From Vicugna vicugna (Eukaryota): a stretch of 64,000 nucleotides of DNA. The position numbers and the translations under genes were made by a program. The DNA lies in assembly GCA_013265495.1 (NCBI GenBank), contig MU058290.1, positions 496,001 through 560,000 on the forward strand, read 5' to 3'. Position 1 is the first letter of the stretch. Every line of letters starts with the position of its first letter. The notes below the pieces were generated by a model. The model had not been told where the DNA came from. It made no database searches and saw only the letters and a list, made by a program, of their open reading frames with translations. Shown piece by piece: positions 1 through 13,299 of the stretch.

Positions 1-1594
1 AGGTGTACTACATTTTGTTGTTATTATGAATGGCATTTTCTTTCCATTACATTCTTTCTGATTATTATTTTTTATATTTTTACTTTGCATGAGGCCACCA
101 TTTTAAAGTTTCTTACTGCTTTTAATCATTTTTTGAAATCATTTTTGTGAAAACTCACATCATGAAAAATATCTGCTAGCACTTGGTAAAAAAATAGGCA
201 AAGAAATAAGTACTGGGCTGAGCAGATTTCTGAGTTTCAATTCAGGAGATAACTGATGAGTATTAATGGGCTGTCTTTTAATCCCTAACTTCTCCCTCTT
301 TCTTTTGGGAGAACTGGAGGATTAAACAGTTGCCTCCCCTTTTATTCAGTACTTCTAATGAGAGAAGATGAGGAAGGCTGCATGCTCACTTCCTCTCTCC
401 TCTACTGAGGAATACTGTGTAAGGGTCTGCAGGTTGTTCCTGGCATAAGGGAGCCTGTCCAAAAGAGAAAGTGGTGCCTGCCACCCAGCCTGTGCCCTGG
501 GAGCAGAAATGTGCCCCTTGATGTGTGTGAGAGTTTCCCCTGAGGAAGTGGGACATAAAAGAACTTCTGATTAAGACCTACGCTGAGGAGCTGCTGCTTT
601 GTGATTTACGCAAAGGGCTTTGCAGAATAGCCTTGCACTCGTCATACTATTACTTTATGTAGAGCCTGACTTTTATTTCCCTTGCGTAGCTAAAATGAAG
701 ATAGACAAGTGAATCTGGTCTTTTTTTGTGCTCCTGTGGAACTGGGTGCAATTTCATTAGTAGATAAGATTGTGCCCTCTCAAAGTAAGAATTATTTTCT
801 TAGATGGAATAAGATGATTTCAGGCCACTTTGAAGATTAACTGGAGAGTAATATACCTCATTTCAAACATTGGCTATACTATCTTATTTCTGTCCTCAGA
901 CTCACACACATTATCCTCTCTGCATGGCTAATTTTCATTCTAATACATACAGGGAGAAAAGCACTTTAAAAAAATCATAAAGCATTTAAAATACAAGTTA
1001 TTATTGCTTCATTAGGTTTTTTTTTGCCAGGTAATCTTATTTCCAATAATCTTATTTCTGTTTTGTTTCAGTATATTTATTCTTTTGTATTGAGTGCTCC
1101 TGGGTGGTACTAATATAAGGAAGGAATATATCAAATTGCATCACCCTAAAAGAACCCAAACAGTAACCAGTTGGAGAAAACTATTTTCACAAGATCCTGT
1201 TCAAAAATTGGTTTTGCTAAGAAGAAGTTTTTCTATAAGCACTTGAGGACGAATCTCAAACCCCAAAGGTCCCACATATGGACAAAATTATTCTGAATAA
1301 GGAAGGGAGAGATGTTCTGGTCACTCGTGTGGGTGGTAGGGAGAGGATGAGAAATGAAGAGAAAGAGGCAGCATGAGGTATAATATGAGAAAGTGATTGG
1401 GTGTTCAGCACGGTGGTCATTCTCAACCCCACCCTACAGTCAAGTTTATAAACCTACACAAAGCTAGAACGACTTTGATTCTGGATAAAATGTTGAAGGG
1501 CATGAGTCTCCCATGCAGACTGATGTGATCAAAATAAGACAGCAGGTGGATTAGGAGTGAGAGGAGGGAAGCACACATGACCCTGCTTGTATGG

Positions 1595-1617
1595 GTGTGT
1601 GTGTGTGTGTGTGTGTG
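1595..1617. repeat. (GT)n microsatellite
   Basis: Read directly from sequence. Confidence 0.97.
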
Positions 1618-1907
1618 AAATCTGCAAAAGATAGAAACTGAGTGGTTGACATCTGGGTTATATACTGTTTTTTCTTGAAAAATGCTTGAGAATGTCTGGC
1701 ATTTTCCTGTTCCCATGCAGACAAGAAAAGAGACATGAATATAATAAAGCCTAGTACACAAGATCTATGCAAATTCTGGTAAGGTCTTATTTGCTATTTG
1801 CTTCACTGAGATGCATCCCTACAAATATTCCAGGGACTATAGGAATTTACTTAAAACCAAACCTCCTATAATTTTTTATCACTATATGTCCTACATATAT
1901 TTGGATT

Positions 1908-2876
1908 CTAGTGTTTGAGAGGCTGTCCTTGACCAGATATCATGATCCTGAACAGTCTTTTCAGGGCCTCTTTCATCTCTTTATTCCGGAGGCTGTAGAT
2001 CAAGGGATTGAAAAGTGGCGTCATCACAGAATAAAATAAGGTCACAATTTTCTGAATCCCTGCTGGATTGCCGGCTGTTGGGCTCACGTACATCACCATG
2101 ATGGAGCCATAGAACAGGGACACCACAGCCAGATGGGAGCCACATGTGGAGAAGGCTTTACGCCGGCCTTCTGCTGAGGGGACCCTCAATACCGCTCTGA
2201 TCACCAGGGTGTAGGAGCTGGTAATGAACAGGAAAGTGGAGAAAATTAGGACTGAGTTAAAGATGGCACAGGTGATCTCAGTGGCAGGAGCTGGCACACA
2301 GGACAACTTCATAAGGGGTCCTGGGTCACATAAAAAGTGATCAATAGTATTGGGGCCACAAAAAGGAAGCTGGGAGATGAGATACACTGGGAGGAGAAAA
2401 CAGGAGAAGCCACACAGCCAGCAGCAGGCTCCCATTCTGATGCAGCGCTGAACTGTCATGACAGTGGGGTAGCGCAGGGGCCTGCAGATAGCAAGGTACC
2501 TGTCAAAGGCCATGGCAGACAAGAAGAAGGTCTCAGTGGTGCCCATGGAGAAGAAGAAGTAGAACTGGAGGAAGCAGCCCATGAAGGAGATGGTCTTGGT
2601 CTGAGAGAGGAAGTTGGCTAGCATACTGGGGACAGTGGAGGTGACATACCACATCTCCAGGAACGAAAAATTGGCCAGCAGGGTGTACATGGGGGTGTGG
2701 AGGTGGTGGTCCCACCACACAGCACAGATAATGGACAGGTTTCCAGTTAGTGTCAGCACATAGATCACAGAGAAGAATGCAAAGAGGAGGATCTGAGTCT
2801 CCCAGATACAAGGGAATCCAAGAAGAATGAATTCACTCACAGGGTCAGAGTGATTATTCCTTCCTGCATTGTTCAT
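1908..2876 (-). CDS. Olfactory receptor, family 11 (OR11J-like by position), intact 322 aa
   Basis: 7TM OR motifs LHTPMY, MAFDRYLAICRPLRY, KAFSTCGSHL and PLFNPLIYSLRN; N-terminal sequon NHS; FLEMWY and CDPGP typical of OR11; acceptor-like gtcttgttattgcag just upstream of the ATG. Confidence 0.96.
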   Translation of the reverse strand: MNNAGRNNHSDPVSEFILLGFPCIWETQILLFAFFSVIYVLTLTGNLSIICAVWWDHHLHTPMYTLLANFSFLEMWYVTSTVPSMLANFLSQTKTISFMGCFLQFYFFFSMGTTETFFLSAMAFDRYLAICRPLRYPTVMTVQRCIRMGACCWLCGFSCFLLPVYLISQLPFCGPNTIDHFLCDPGPLMKLSCVPAPATEITCAIFNSVLIFSTFLFITSSYTLVIRAVLRVPSAEGRRKAFSTCGSHLAVVSLFYGSIMVMYVSPTAGNPAGIQKIVTLFYSVMTPLFNPLIYSLRNKEMKEALKRLFRIMISGQGQPLKH

Positions 2877-3236
2877 TATTTTTTCCCCTAAAACTGCAAT
2901 AACAAGACATTACCGTGTTACACATGACTTTACAGAAGTTTTCTCATGAAGATGTTCTCTGAATGACTTTACAATTCAAATAGCAGCATAATTTTAGAGT
3001 GCTTAAAGATTTCCAGCATTCTTTGTCCCAATGTGACACTGGGAAGAAATAAGAAACTTGAAGGTGTGGCTGCTTGTTACAGCCTTGTCAACATGCTCAC
3101 CATGCCCATCATGGTCCATTAAACATCAGCCTTTGTGTCACGTCCTCAGCACTACAGAAACCAAGGTAGATGTTCCTTGCCATTCAGAGGCTTAGCTCAG
3201 AAACATCCACCTGGGGATGAATGTTATATATAATCA

Positions 3237-3250
3237 ATCTATCTATCTAG

Positions 3251-3293
<43 letters not shown>
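3237..3293. repeat. (ATCT)n tetranucleotide microsatellite
   Basis: About 14 units with one interruption. Confidence 0.97.
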
Positions 3294-4159
3294 GGATATA
3301 TGGGGGTTTAAACAATTAAAATCTGTGTAAAAAGAGACAAGAAAACATTGCAGGAATGTATAGCCATAAAGCAAGAGTTTGTTTACTACTGTAATCTTTA
3401 ATAACATCACATGCATAGTTTTAGATGGGGTTTCTGTTTATGTAGTATTGGGAATGTTGGAAAAGAGGTAAGGAAAACAACATTTTATCAGTGACTGCTT
3501 ACAGCAAGGTCAATTGTGACATTTGTGTTCCATCTCACATATAAATATCTCTGTGAAAAAAATTCCACAATTTGCACTGTTAATTTTGCTCAGTGTTTAG
3601 TGGCATCTGCACAATTCTCCAAAGTACTCTCTCTTTTTAACTTGGTCCTCTTTCTAATAAAATTTTTTTTGTGGAAGAAGAGTAAGTTCCATGCACTATC
3701 ACCTTGAATAAATGATTTAAAAATGAAATTGGTATCAATGAATGAGGGTCAGACTACAAAACAACATGATTACTCTTTTAGCTGAAATTTACCCCAACTA
3801 GAGTACATGGCCTTCAGTCCTCAGGTGAAATTTATCACATCCTGGGAAGGTACCTCACGATGGTGCTCTCTCTCTATCTTGCCACACAGAACAAAAATAA
3901 CTACAGTGGCATATGTATTATTAAAAGCACTTTGAGATTTGAATTACATTAATTAAAGATCTGTGCATGGACTATTCATTCTCATTACTTTTTCTATCGG
4001 TTATCCAGGGTGCCTATGATAAGAGTTCCTTCCAGTTGCCTTGAACTGTAAATGTTTTTTTTCAAGACATGGTTCTTGATATTTTTCCTTCTCCAATTAT
4101 GCTCTCTCTGTAAGTGACCTGTCAGCTAGTCCCTTGACATAAAAACTATCCATGTGAGA

Positions 4160-4972
4160 TGAAGCCAAATTTTCTCTCCTGAGCTGCGAAGTCTTTTCTG
4201 CAACCTGGATTTATCTACCCAATTTCTTACTCAGCATCTCCATTGGCTATGGAAGGTACCTAAAATGCAAGATGCCCATGACTAAAATTTTGGTTCTTCT
4301 CACCCCAAACTGGCTGGTCCTTATTTCTGTGCCGTATCATTCAATGGCACCTCCATCACTCAGTTGCTCAGGCCACAACTTTGGCCACAACCTTCCCACC
4401 CTTCTCAGTATTCTACATCCAAACTGTCAACAGATCCTTTAGGCCTCATGTTCAAAACATAGCTTTAGAAAATCTGATCATGTCAACTACTTGCTCTCAA
4501 CCTCCTAACACAACTCCAAATTCCTTACCTCAGTCTATAAGGCCCGTGAGACCTTCCTCCACGTCCTCATTTCCTACCGCTTTTCCCTCTACGGACCCCA
4601 TCCAGCCGTGCTGATACCTGATACGCCAAGTGTGGATGGTATCAAGGTCTGGAACGCCTGTCACTCCTTCTTGCCAATATTCGTGTGCCTTAATTTCTTA
4701 CTTCATTCCGTTTTCTGGTAAAAGTCAGAGACTCAGCGAGGCCTTTCTTGATTTAGCCCATCTCTGCTACTCTGTTTCCCAATTCTGCTTTAGTTTTCTA
4801 CAAAGCACATCACCACCTGGCACTGTATTATATGCGTAGTATGTATTTTCTGCCCCAGCCACCTGAATATAAGAGGACATTACTTTGCTCACTGATGTAT
4901 TCCCTGAACCTAGGACAGTGTTCAAGATAAAGTAGCAGTGCTCATTAAATATTTATTGTCTCAATCAATGAA
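4160..4972 (+). mobile_element. L2 LINE 3' fragment (ancient)
   Basis: L2-like segments aatggcacctccatcactcagttgctcaggcc and terminal acagtg...gtgctcattaaatatttattg; boundaries approximate. Confidence 0.7.
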
Positions 4973-5271
4973 CATGCCAATTAGGAAAACAATTGCTTCT
5001 AGTCAGGGAAAAATGTAAAAAAAAAAATGCAAAGACTGGACTCTACAGTTTGCTAAAAAACAAAAGCAAGGCAACAAGACTTGTATGGGGACACAGCCTC
5101 AGTCCAAGTGAACAGCAGGAGATTCATGACAGGAGCCTGCTCGAGACAACCCCATTGAAGCTGCCTTTCTGTCTGAATCACCTCATCTTTCCTTATGTGC
5201 CCCTCATCCACTCTGCTTTGTGCTCAGTACTTTCTTGCTGTTGTTAAGTTATAATCATGCCCTAAGGAGGG

Positions 5272-5296
5272 GTGTGTGTGTGTGTGTGTGTGTGTG
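5272..5296. repeat. (GT)n microsatellite
   Basis: Read directly from sequence. Confidence 0.97.
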
Positions 5297-7140
5297 CACT
5301 TTTTTGCTATATACTCTCTCAGTCTTTTTCTATATCTGATGGTCTGTATTGTAACATATTTTTATTGAATAACTTTTATAATTCTTTCCTTGTATTTTTA
5401 AATAGGTAAGCAAACTGTTTTTGACTTCCCTCTCCTAAAGAAAATGTGTTTATGGTCTGTAACATGTTTTTCCTGTGTGGCTGATCAAAAATGTTCTTCT
5501 CTTACTACCTCATATTTTATTCTGCATCATCTTCAGGGTCAGGAAATCTGGTATATGTGACTTGAATAGGTAATGAGATATAGAATAAAGCTGTCATTCC
5601 ACAGTTTATTCCTGGCCCATGTGGTTCAGCAAACATCTCAATTTAAGAAATATAGTTATTTTATTTAAATATGTTCACTTATGCTTTTATGGATAAAATA
5701 CATATAACCTAACATTTAATTACACAAGTTCTGATACTGGAGGCTATGTTATATAATTGAGATTCTAACCAGTTTCCATTATAAGGGAGCGATTCTAATT
5801 TACATTTTCATGTGGAGAAACTACAGCACAGGGTTAGAGGAAAGTGAAAAAGACATTACAAAAAATTCTGAGCTGTGAGTTACCTGAAGTGTTTGCATGA
5901 GAATTACAGAATCCAGTAGAAAGGAGACGTCCAAATTTAGGTTTCTCTCTCCTGGAGTATGCAGTCAGCTTCGGTTTCTCGTCTCTCATTTCAGTGGGAG
6001 AAAATGTGCAGCAAAGCCAAACACAGTGGTGCTGGCACCCAAGTATCTTAGGTGGCTTCTAAAAGGGGGTGAGTGTTGGAAGACAATATTGTCAAATATA
6101 GCAATGATTTGAAGCCCAGAAAATGAGCATATTGCTTAAACAACTTGAAAAGGTGGTTATATGCGGTTGTAAATGGTACTGTGGTCTTTCCTGGTTTGGG
6201 AAGAACCAATTACACCCCTATCTGTAAAGGAGAGTATGGAGCAAACACGTTCTGAGCTGTGGCTTTTCTGTCCTCAACATCCCATCTCGGAGAGGGTGCT
6301 CCAGAGCGCTCTGTGTGCAGCCAGGCCTTACCACTGAGCTCCTGTTCCCCTCACACTTTGTAATAAATATGCCAAGACTGGGTCTCACCCTCCTGGATTG
6401 CCCAGCTTCTCCCAATGGCCTCATCTAAGAGTAACAATGAGAAAGTTTTGGCCACATCTCAGAAAGTATTTCTTTAAGTGAGATTTAAATTGGTCCAGCC
6501 TCTTGGGGAAAAGGGAAGATGATGAGGCCTGGGTCTAAGCTGAAGAATAAGTTGGCCTTAAGCTTTGGATCCGAATATTAAGTATAACCAGCAGCATCTG
6601 TGTGTATTTTTATAGTAATGAAGCTATATTTTCCCTCCATAGAGATGATACTGGATTTAGGAATGAAAATGTAGGAGTAAAGGGTTCTAGGAAGCCAAAG
6701 GATATAAAGACAGGTTAGCTGTTATAAAGAATTTACGAACCACTTCAAAGGCTTTATCTGTTCCCTTCTTTCCATGATTCTACACCAATACCAACCCCAA
6801 GTATGCTGTAGTAATGCTGAGATTTTTGGATCTGTAAGAACAGTTACATTCATACTTGACTGTAACCTGTTCCTCTGCTTGTTTTGTGAATTTGTCCTTT
6901 CAATCTCACTTTAGCTGGAGGAAAGGAAACATTTAAGTCAACATTATGATCACCATAACTAATAATGTGACTTTAGAATTTTTAAATGAAGGTGATGATC
7001 TAATCCTGTTTGATACTGATGTAGATATCTCCATACAGATACAGAGCCTTTCAAAAATTCTGGGTCTCATAATTTAAGAAGAACATGAGCAAACTATGGT
7101 GAATTTAGAGAAAGCAGCTTAGAGGGAGTTAGAAGTATCC

Positions 7141-8100
7141 TTTTCAGATTCTTTTCCATTATAGGTTATTACAAGATATTGAATATAGTTCCTTGTAGGA
7201 ACTTTACAGTAGGTCCTTGCTGTTTATCTATTTTATACATAGTACTTTGTTATCTGCTAATCCCAAACTCCTAATTTTTCCCCCACCCTCACCCCTTCTC
7301 CGTTTGGTAACCATAGCTTGTTTTCTATGTCTGTAAGTCTATTTCTGGTTTGTAAATAAGTTCATTTGTGACTTTTTTAGATCCCACAAATAAGTGATAT
7401 CATATGATATTTGTCTTCTCTGTCTGACTTACTTTACTCAATCTGTTAATCTCTAGGTCCATCCATGTTGCTGCAAATGGCATTATTTCATTCTTTTTGT
7501 GGCTGAATAATATTCCATTGTGTGTGTGTGTGTATATATATATACACACATACACATACATATACACATACATCACATCTTCTTTAGCCAATCATCAGTT
7601 GATGGACATTTAGGTTGCTTCCGTGTCTTGGCTATTGTAAATAATGCTATTGACACTGGGGTGCATGTACCTTTTTTGAGTTATAGTTTTTTCTGGATAT
7701 ATGTCCAGAAGTGGGATTGCTTGATCATATGGTAACTCCATTTTTAGTTTTTTTTAAGGAACCTCCATACTGTTCTCCATATTGGCTATGTACCAAACTA
7801 CATTCTCACCAACAGTGTAGGAGTGTTCCTTTTTCTCCACATCCTCTCCTGCATTTATTATTTGTAGACTTCTTAATGATGGCCATTCTGACTGGTATGA
7901 GGTGATACCTCATTGTAGTTTAGTTAGCGATGTTGAACATGTTTTCATGTGCCTGTTGGCCTTCTGTATGTCTTTTTTGGAGTAATGTCTATTTAGATCT
8001 TCCACCCATTTTTTGATTGGGTTTTTTTTTATATTAAGCTGTATGAACTGTTTGTATATTTTGGAAATTAATCCCTTGTCGGTCTCTGCAAATATTTTCT
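7141..8100 (-). mobile_element. L1 3' fragment (ORF2 C-terminus and 3'UTR)
   Basis: Minus-strand peptides KNEIMPFAATWMDLE and [10 protein letters not shown]...[27 protein letters not shown] are L1 3'-region hallmarks. Confidence 0.95.
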
Positions 8101-8696
8101 CAGAACTGAGATATTTAAATTGGAGAATAAAAGATTCCATTTGAACAGAAGAAGGTTGATCATTTAATAGAGCAATTCAATTTGTCCCATTTATTCTCCA
8201 AGGTACAGAATTAAAAATAATAACAGTTAACAGTTATAGGGAGACACACTGTAATTCAATGTGGATAATACCTCTGAAACAGAATCCTATCCAGTAGTGA
8301 AATGAACTGCTTTAGAAGAGTAATATCTATCATGGATTTCATCAGAATACTGAAAAGTGGTAGAGGGGATTTAAGCATCAAAAGCAAATTTCAATAGTGA
8401 AATTCGATTATATGCATTTAAGATGTATCAAAAAAAAAAAAAAGAAAACCTATCCAGGTAATGTCAGCAACATAAAAAAGTGTAATGGATAATAGTAAGG
8501 TTAATGTAAACTTGAGGTTTCATCAACACTGATAAAAAAAATAAATGGTATTTGTAAGGGTTACTGGAGGACAAAGGGCAAAAAAAGGGAATTCTGGACT
8601 GTGGCTTGGTCAACAAAGTCCCAAAGTTATGTCTTGAGACTACAAATAGTCCAACTCTATTAATTGAAGAAATTGTTATTCCCCCCCCCCAAAATT

Positions 8697-9350
8697 GTGT
8701 GTGGAACCCTTTCACCCTCTGAGCCTAAAATTGAGTGGCTTCTTAGTTTGGGCGAAGGTGGTTCTACAAGGAGTGTGCAGGGTGGGTCAGGGGATTTCAG
8801 GGCTGAGTAGGGAAAAACGTCTGTCCCTGAGTTGCAGTAGCATATAGAGTTTTATTTGGTGAGACTCCTTTGACAGATGTGCACGCAGGGAAGTCCCTCA
8901 CAGCAGGAGACCTTCTAGAGGCTGTAGGCATAGGGGCCACTACTCAGAAAGGAAGGAGGGCTAAGGAACTCCCAGGAGAAAGAAGGGGAACAGAGAGAAG
9001 GCTTACTTGTCTAGGTGATGTCACCCTGGGGAGGGTGAGGACTGTGCCAAAGATTTCTGAAGGGCAGCAGTAACTTGGGGTCTTTATTTGGTTCATGGCC
9101 AGATGTTGGGCACAGTTTCCTGGGATATGCAAAACAGGCAGGATCTAAATGGCTAAAAACCTGCTTATTTGGACCACATATGAAACAGTTGGATATGTAA
9201 AAATTTTGGCCCCTATTGTGCTTTGGAGCTTAAAGAATTCAGCCTGCTGTGGAGAAGTTATAACCTAGCGGCCACTATACAGAAGCCCTCTCTGGCTCAT
9301 TTATATGACAGGTAGTCTCTGAAACAGATTGTCCGTGATGGCTTTTCACT
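8697..9350. mobile_element. Probable ERV solo LTR
   Basis: GC-richer block resembling old eutherian LTRs (ctaaatggctaaaaacctgcttatttgg); family not identified, boundaries approximate. Confidence 0.45.
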
Positions 9351-10799
9351 GTGTGTCCTCTGTTTATCCAGATTTCAGTGTTCCTGCTTCCTTTAAAGCT
9401 CCCATTGTGCCACCATAAAAGTAGAGAATATATTAAATTGGTCAACACTAAATGTTTTTACTTTCAAAAGGAGAATTTAGTTTACTTTTATTATTTGGAG
9501 GTAATATACTCTTATTTTAGAAAAAATGAATATTACAGAAAAATGTAAGAAGTTAAATTCATCTACAACCTCATTTCTAGTTTACAGTTTAGTCTTCACT
9601 CTCTTTCTATATATTTCTATATCATGCATATATGCAACTTTTAAAAAAATGGAATTATAGTACATGCAGTTTGTCAGTATTTTTGTTTGACATTATGTCA
9701 TGAGTTTTTTCCCATAGAACTAAATATTCTTTGAAGCATGATTTTTAGTGGGTGGGTGATATTTCTATCCTTCTCTTTGGGGGCACTTTTTATACAATTT
9801 TCTGGGAATCTGTGAATTTTTTCTTTAGCAAATTTTTTTTGTTATAAATCATGTTTGTATATTTTAAAGATGTTTGCCATGTTGCCTATTTTAATTTGGT
9901 AGCAAGATAAGTTGTCATAGATTTGAGATCACTGGAAGGCAGTAGAGAGTGTAGAGAACGGAGTGTGACTCAAGGAACTGGGGCCAGATCGAAATTTTTC
10001 GAGGTACTAGCTGTGCCGGGTGATAAATCACTTAACCTTTATGTAGCTAGATTTTCCATGTGTAATATAAGATCAAAGCTATTCTTCGTACCCACGTAGT
10101 ACTGTTATTGAGAAAGTCTCATGAGTTAGGGAAATTCTTTGAATTTTTGGAGTTTTGATGAGTTGCAAATATGATTTCAACCTAGCGTCACAGCACTGAT
10201 AAATAGCACATTGATTTTTTTGCTCCATTTTGCTAAAATAAAGTAAATTTTTTACATCATTCCTTTCATCAAGCAGAATAAATTCATTATGAAATTGCAG
10301 TTGTGATTCTAGAAAACATTTTTGTGTATTCTTTCCTCAAACGAGGGGATGCTTTGTGTTGAGAAAACTAGCAGGTATCAGAATTGTTTTTGAATGAATA
10401 CCTTGTTTTCAAGTGCTTTCTAATATGTCATTACATTGGCATTTGGTTTCTTCATCTATCATTTTTAGTGTGAAAAAATGGGCTTGAACTAAGCATTGGC
10501 TTCAGCCTGCCTTTCTGATCGTGTCCTCCAGTGATGTGATGGCTACAGGTCCCTGCTGAGAGTTATTCCTGCTTGGCTGTCCCTAACACTAAGATCCTCT
10601 TCTGATTAGCCTTGCCTCATTTATTCATCACAGCCACACTGTGGTGAAAGCGTTATCCTTGGCTCAATGTAGATTAAAACAAATAAAAAAAGAAAGGCCA
10701 AATAATTTGCATAAGCTCACACAGTTAGTGCTAGTACTTAGATCTGAAATCATTCGGTCTGATTCCAGAGTGTTGGCCCTTCTCCCCTACAGAAGTAGA

Positions 10800-11015
10800 A
10801 AAGTGTGGGCCCTCTAGTTAGCCTGCCTGGGATCAAACACCATCTCCAATTAAGTAAGTTCCTCCTTGCACCTGTTTCATCCTTAGTGAATTGGAGATGC
10901 AGTGATACTGAATTGATCTCTTTGGCTGTCATGAGTAGTTAAATAAAGTCAAGTATGTAAAAGGGTTAGGACAGTGCCTGGCACAAAACAAGTGGCTCAA
11001 ACGTTAATTATTATT
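10800..11015 (+). mobile_element. MIR SINE
   Basis: cctgtttcatcc...gtatgtaaaagggttaggacagtgcctggcaca...ctcaaacgtt resembles the MIR core and 3' end. Confidence 0.65.
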
Positions 11016-13299
11016 CCTTTTATTATTGATAAGAGCAAACCCCATAGTGGTGAATTGCACCTCTAAAATTTGTTAAACTAAAATCGACTTTTTCTTTTCT
11101 TGTAATATTGTTTTCCCATGTGCCCCATGCCTTATTTTCCCTGAAACTTTGAACATATATAATGTTTGTTTTTATAAGTAAATTTTACTTTGTGAGGGAG
11201 TTAGATTCAGTGTTTGGTCAGCTTAACGAGAATTTAAAAGCAGCTAATAAAACACTGTAACTGATACTTGAAAGTAAAAAATACCAACTTTCTTTTTTCA
11301 TTTTCCCTGAGGAAACCGATAACCAGCACAATTATTTTAAAATATTGCCTTGTCGTGTTCTTTTGAAAGTTTAAATGCTCAGAAACAAACAAACAAACAA
11401 ACACAGTTTTCTAACTGCCATTCTTAACGCTTTTTATCTTTCCACCTCTCACTCTCTCTTTGGAATGCAGTTTGATCTTTAAAAATGTTGTATACAAGTT
11501 GTAGTGTTACACTATGGAAAGAGTTGTGCAGCTGTCCTAGTATTTGCGGTTGTAAGAAGAGATCACTGAAAACCAGTGGTTGCACAAATATATTGACTTC
11601 TTAACCCATGGTAGGGAGTCTCACATTATGGTAGAAATATTTCCTGCCTTGACTACCTGTTCTTCTTGAGCCCATTCCTTATCTCATCTCAGGAAATTTA
11701 AAACTCACATAATCAGGAAAAGGATACAGAGTTAGAAAACATCCTCCCTAAGTGAGAGATTATATGGCACAGATCTGAGAAAGAGCCTGAGATCTTCTCG
11801 CATGAAAAGAACAAACAGTTGTCTTACCTGGGATGTCCATTTCAAAACTCACAAATGCATTCCTACCTTTAGAATGGAGTAATTCATCTCTTTGCCAGGA
11901 AACTGTCCTAAGGTAAAAACCCTATAGGGGAAATTGTTAAATACATATAATATTCTAACATCCTGAATTTCCAGGGGCAGTTTTGGTTTTGGATTAAATG
12001 ATGAGTCCTAATTTAGGTTTTCAATTTCTAATTATGGCAAATCTTTATAACTATTTCATTAAGGTATTATTATTTGCAATAAAAGAATGGAAATAATGTT
12101 CAAAGAAAGAATTGGTAATGGATAGAAGGATGGTCTGATTCCTTGAGTAGTAATTCTTTAAGTGGTCACTATTGTATAGTGGTGACATTCACTTTTCTCC
12201 TAATCCCTCTTCTTATGTCTTTCACAAGTCAGATACAAGCTACTGGGAAGGACAGTTCTCCTCCTAGGAAAATATTCACCTCACCACATAAAAATTTACA
12301 ATCCATGCCATATTACTTGAATGGAGTATTATATTTCCTAAAAATTATTATAAAAACTTGCCACAGTATGGAATAAATTTGACATTATATTACATAAAAC
12401 ATACATACCAGTTAAAATAGTTGTTACAGGGATTGAATTCTGGATCCTTCTTTAAAATTTTCCCTTAATGTTATTTCAATACTGTTTCAGCAAGAAATAA
12501 CAATGAACTGTCATTTATTTATTTAATTCTTTGAACTTAAGTAATTTATCCCCAAGACCGTTTCCTTCTCCAGTTTTTAGGAGATATTCTACTATGTAAA
12601 ATCCCATTGCCTGACCAATCAAATTTTTGGTGCTACTTCATTTTTGTGAAACTATTAGTCCTCAGAATACTGCATTTCTGTATTTCAAAGAACACTTTGA
12701 TTGACGCTGTTCTATAAGGAATTAGAACCTGCCCTTTAGGGGCTTAGAAAGAGGTAGTATATCAAGGAAGTAACATATGTCTGTTTGTTACTAAGCTAGC
12801 ATACTGCTACTGTCCAACAGAAATTTTGCATGATTGCTTTTAAGGGTTTATTTACTAGGAAAATAATAAAGCCAAATATAATAAGAACCACAATCGCAAA
12901 GAATCTGTTTCCTTCTTTTATTTACAACCAGCCAACTAAACAAGAAAAATGACATAATTATAATTTTATTGACTCTGGAACTGTTCATCTAAATTATCAA
13001 ATAGAATTTAGGAATTTTTTAATCACAGATGAATCCTAAGAACTATCCAAAAAACACCCAAATGTGTACATTTCTTATTTAATATGCAGTCTAAGTGCCA
13101 AGAGGAATCCAACATTTCCATTTATCTATATAATCGCAGTAATTTATGATTATAAGTGGCCCCACAGAACCTTAATTTTGTAGGCTGATAGAAGTTAATA
13201 TTATTAAATCCACATCTGAAGATTTGGATGATGATATAATTCTGGTTGCTTTTGGTTAGACTATACTGACCTGATAATGGAGGGATCACCTAGTATGTC

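Noticed and set aside
2337..2811. Antisense and alternate-frame ORFs overlapping OR genes (also near 13.9, 21.8, 32 and 43.5-44.3 kb)
   Set aside because: Shadow ORFs arising from OR codon usage, with no independent coding signal.
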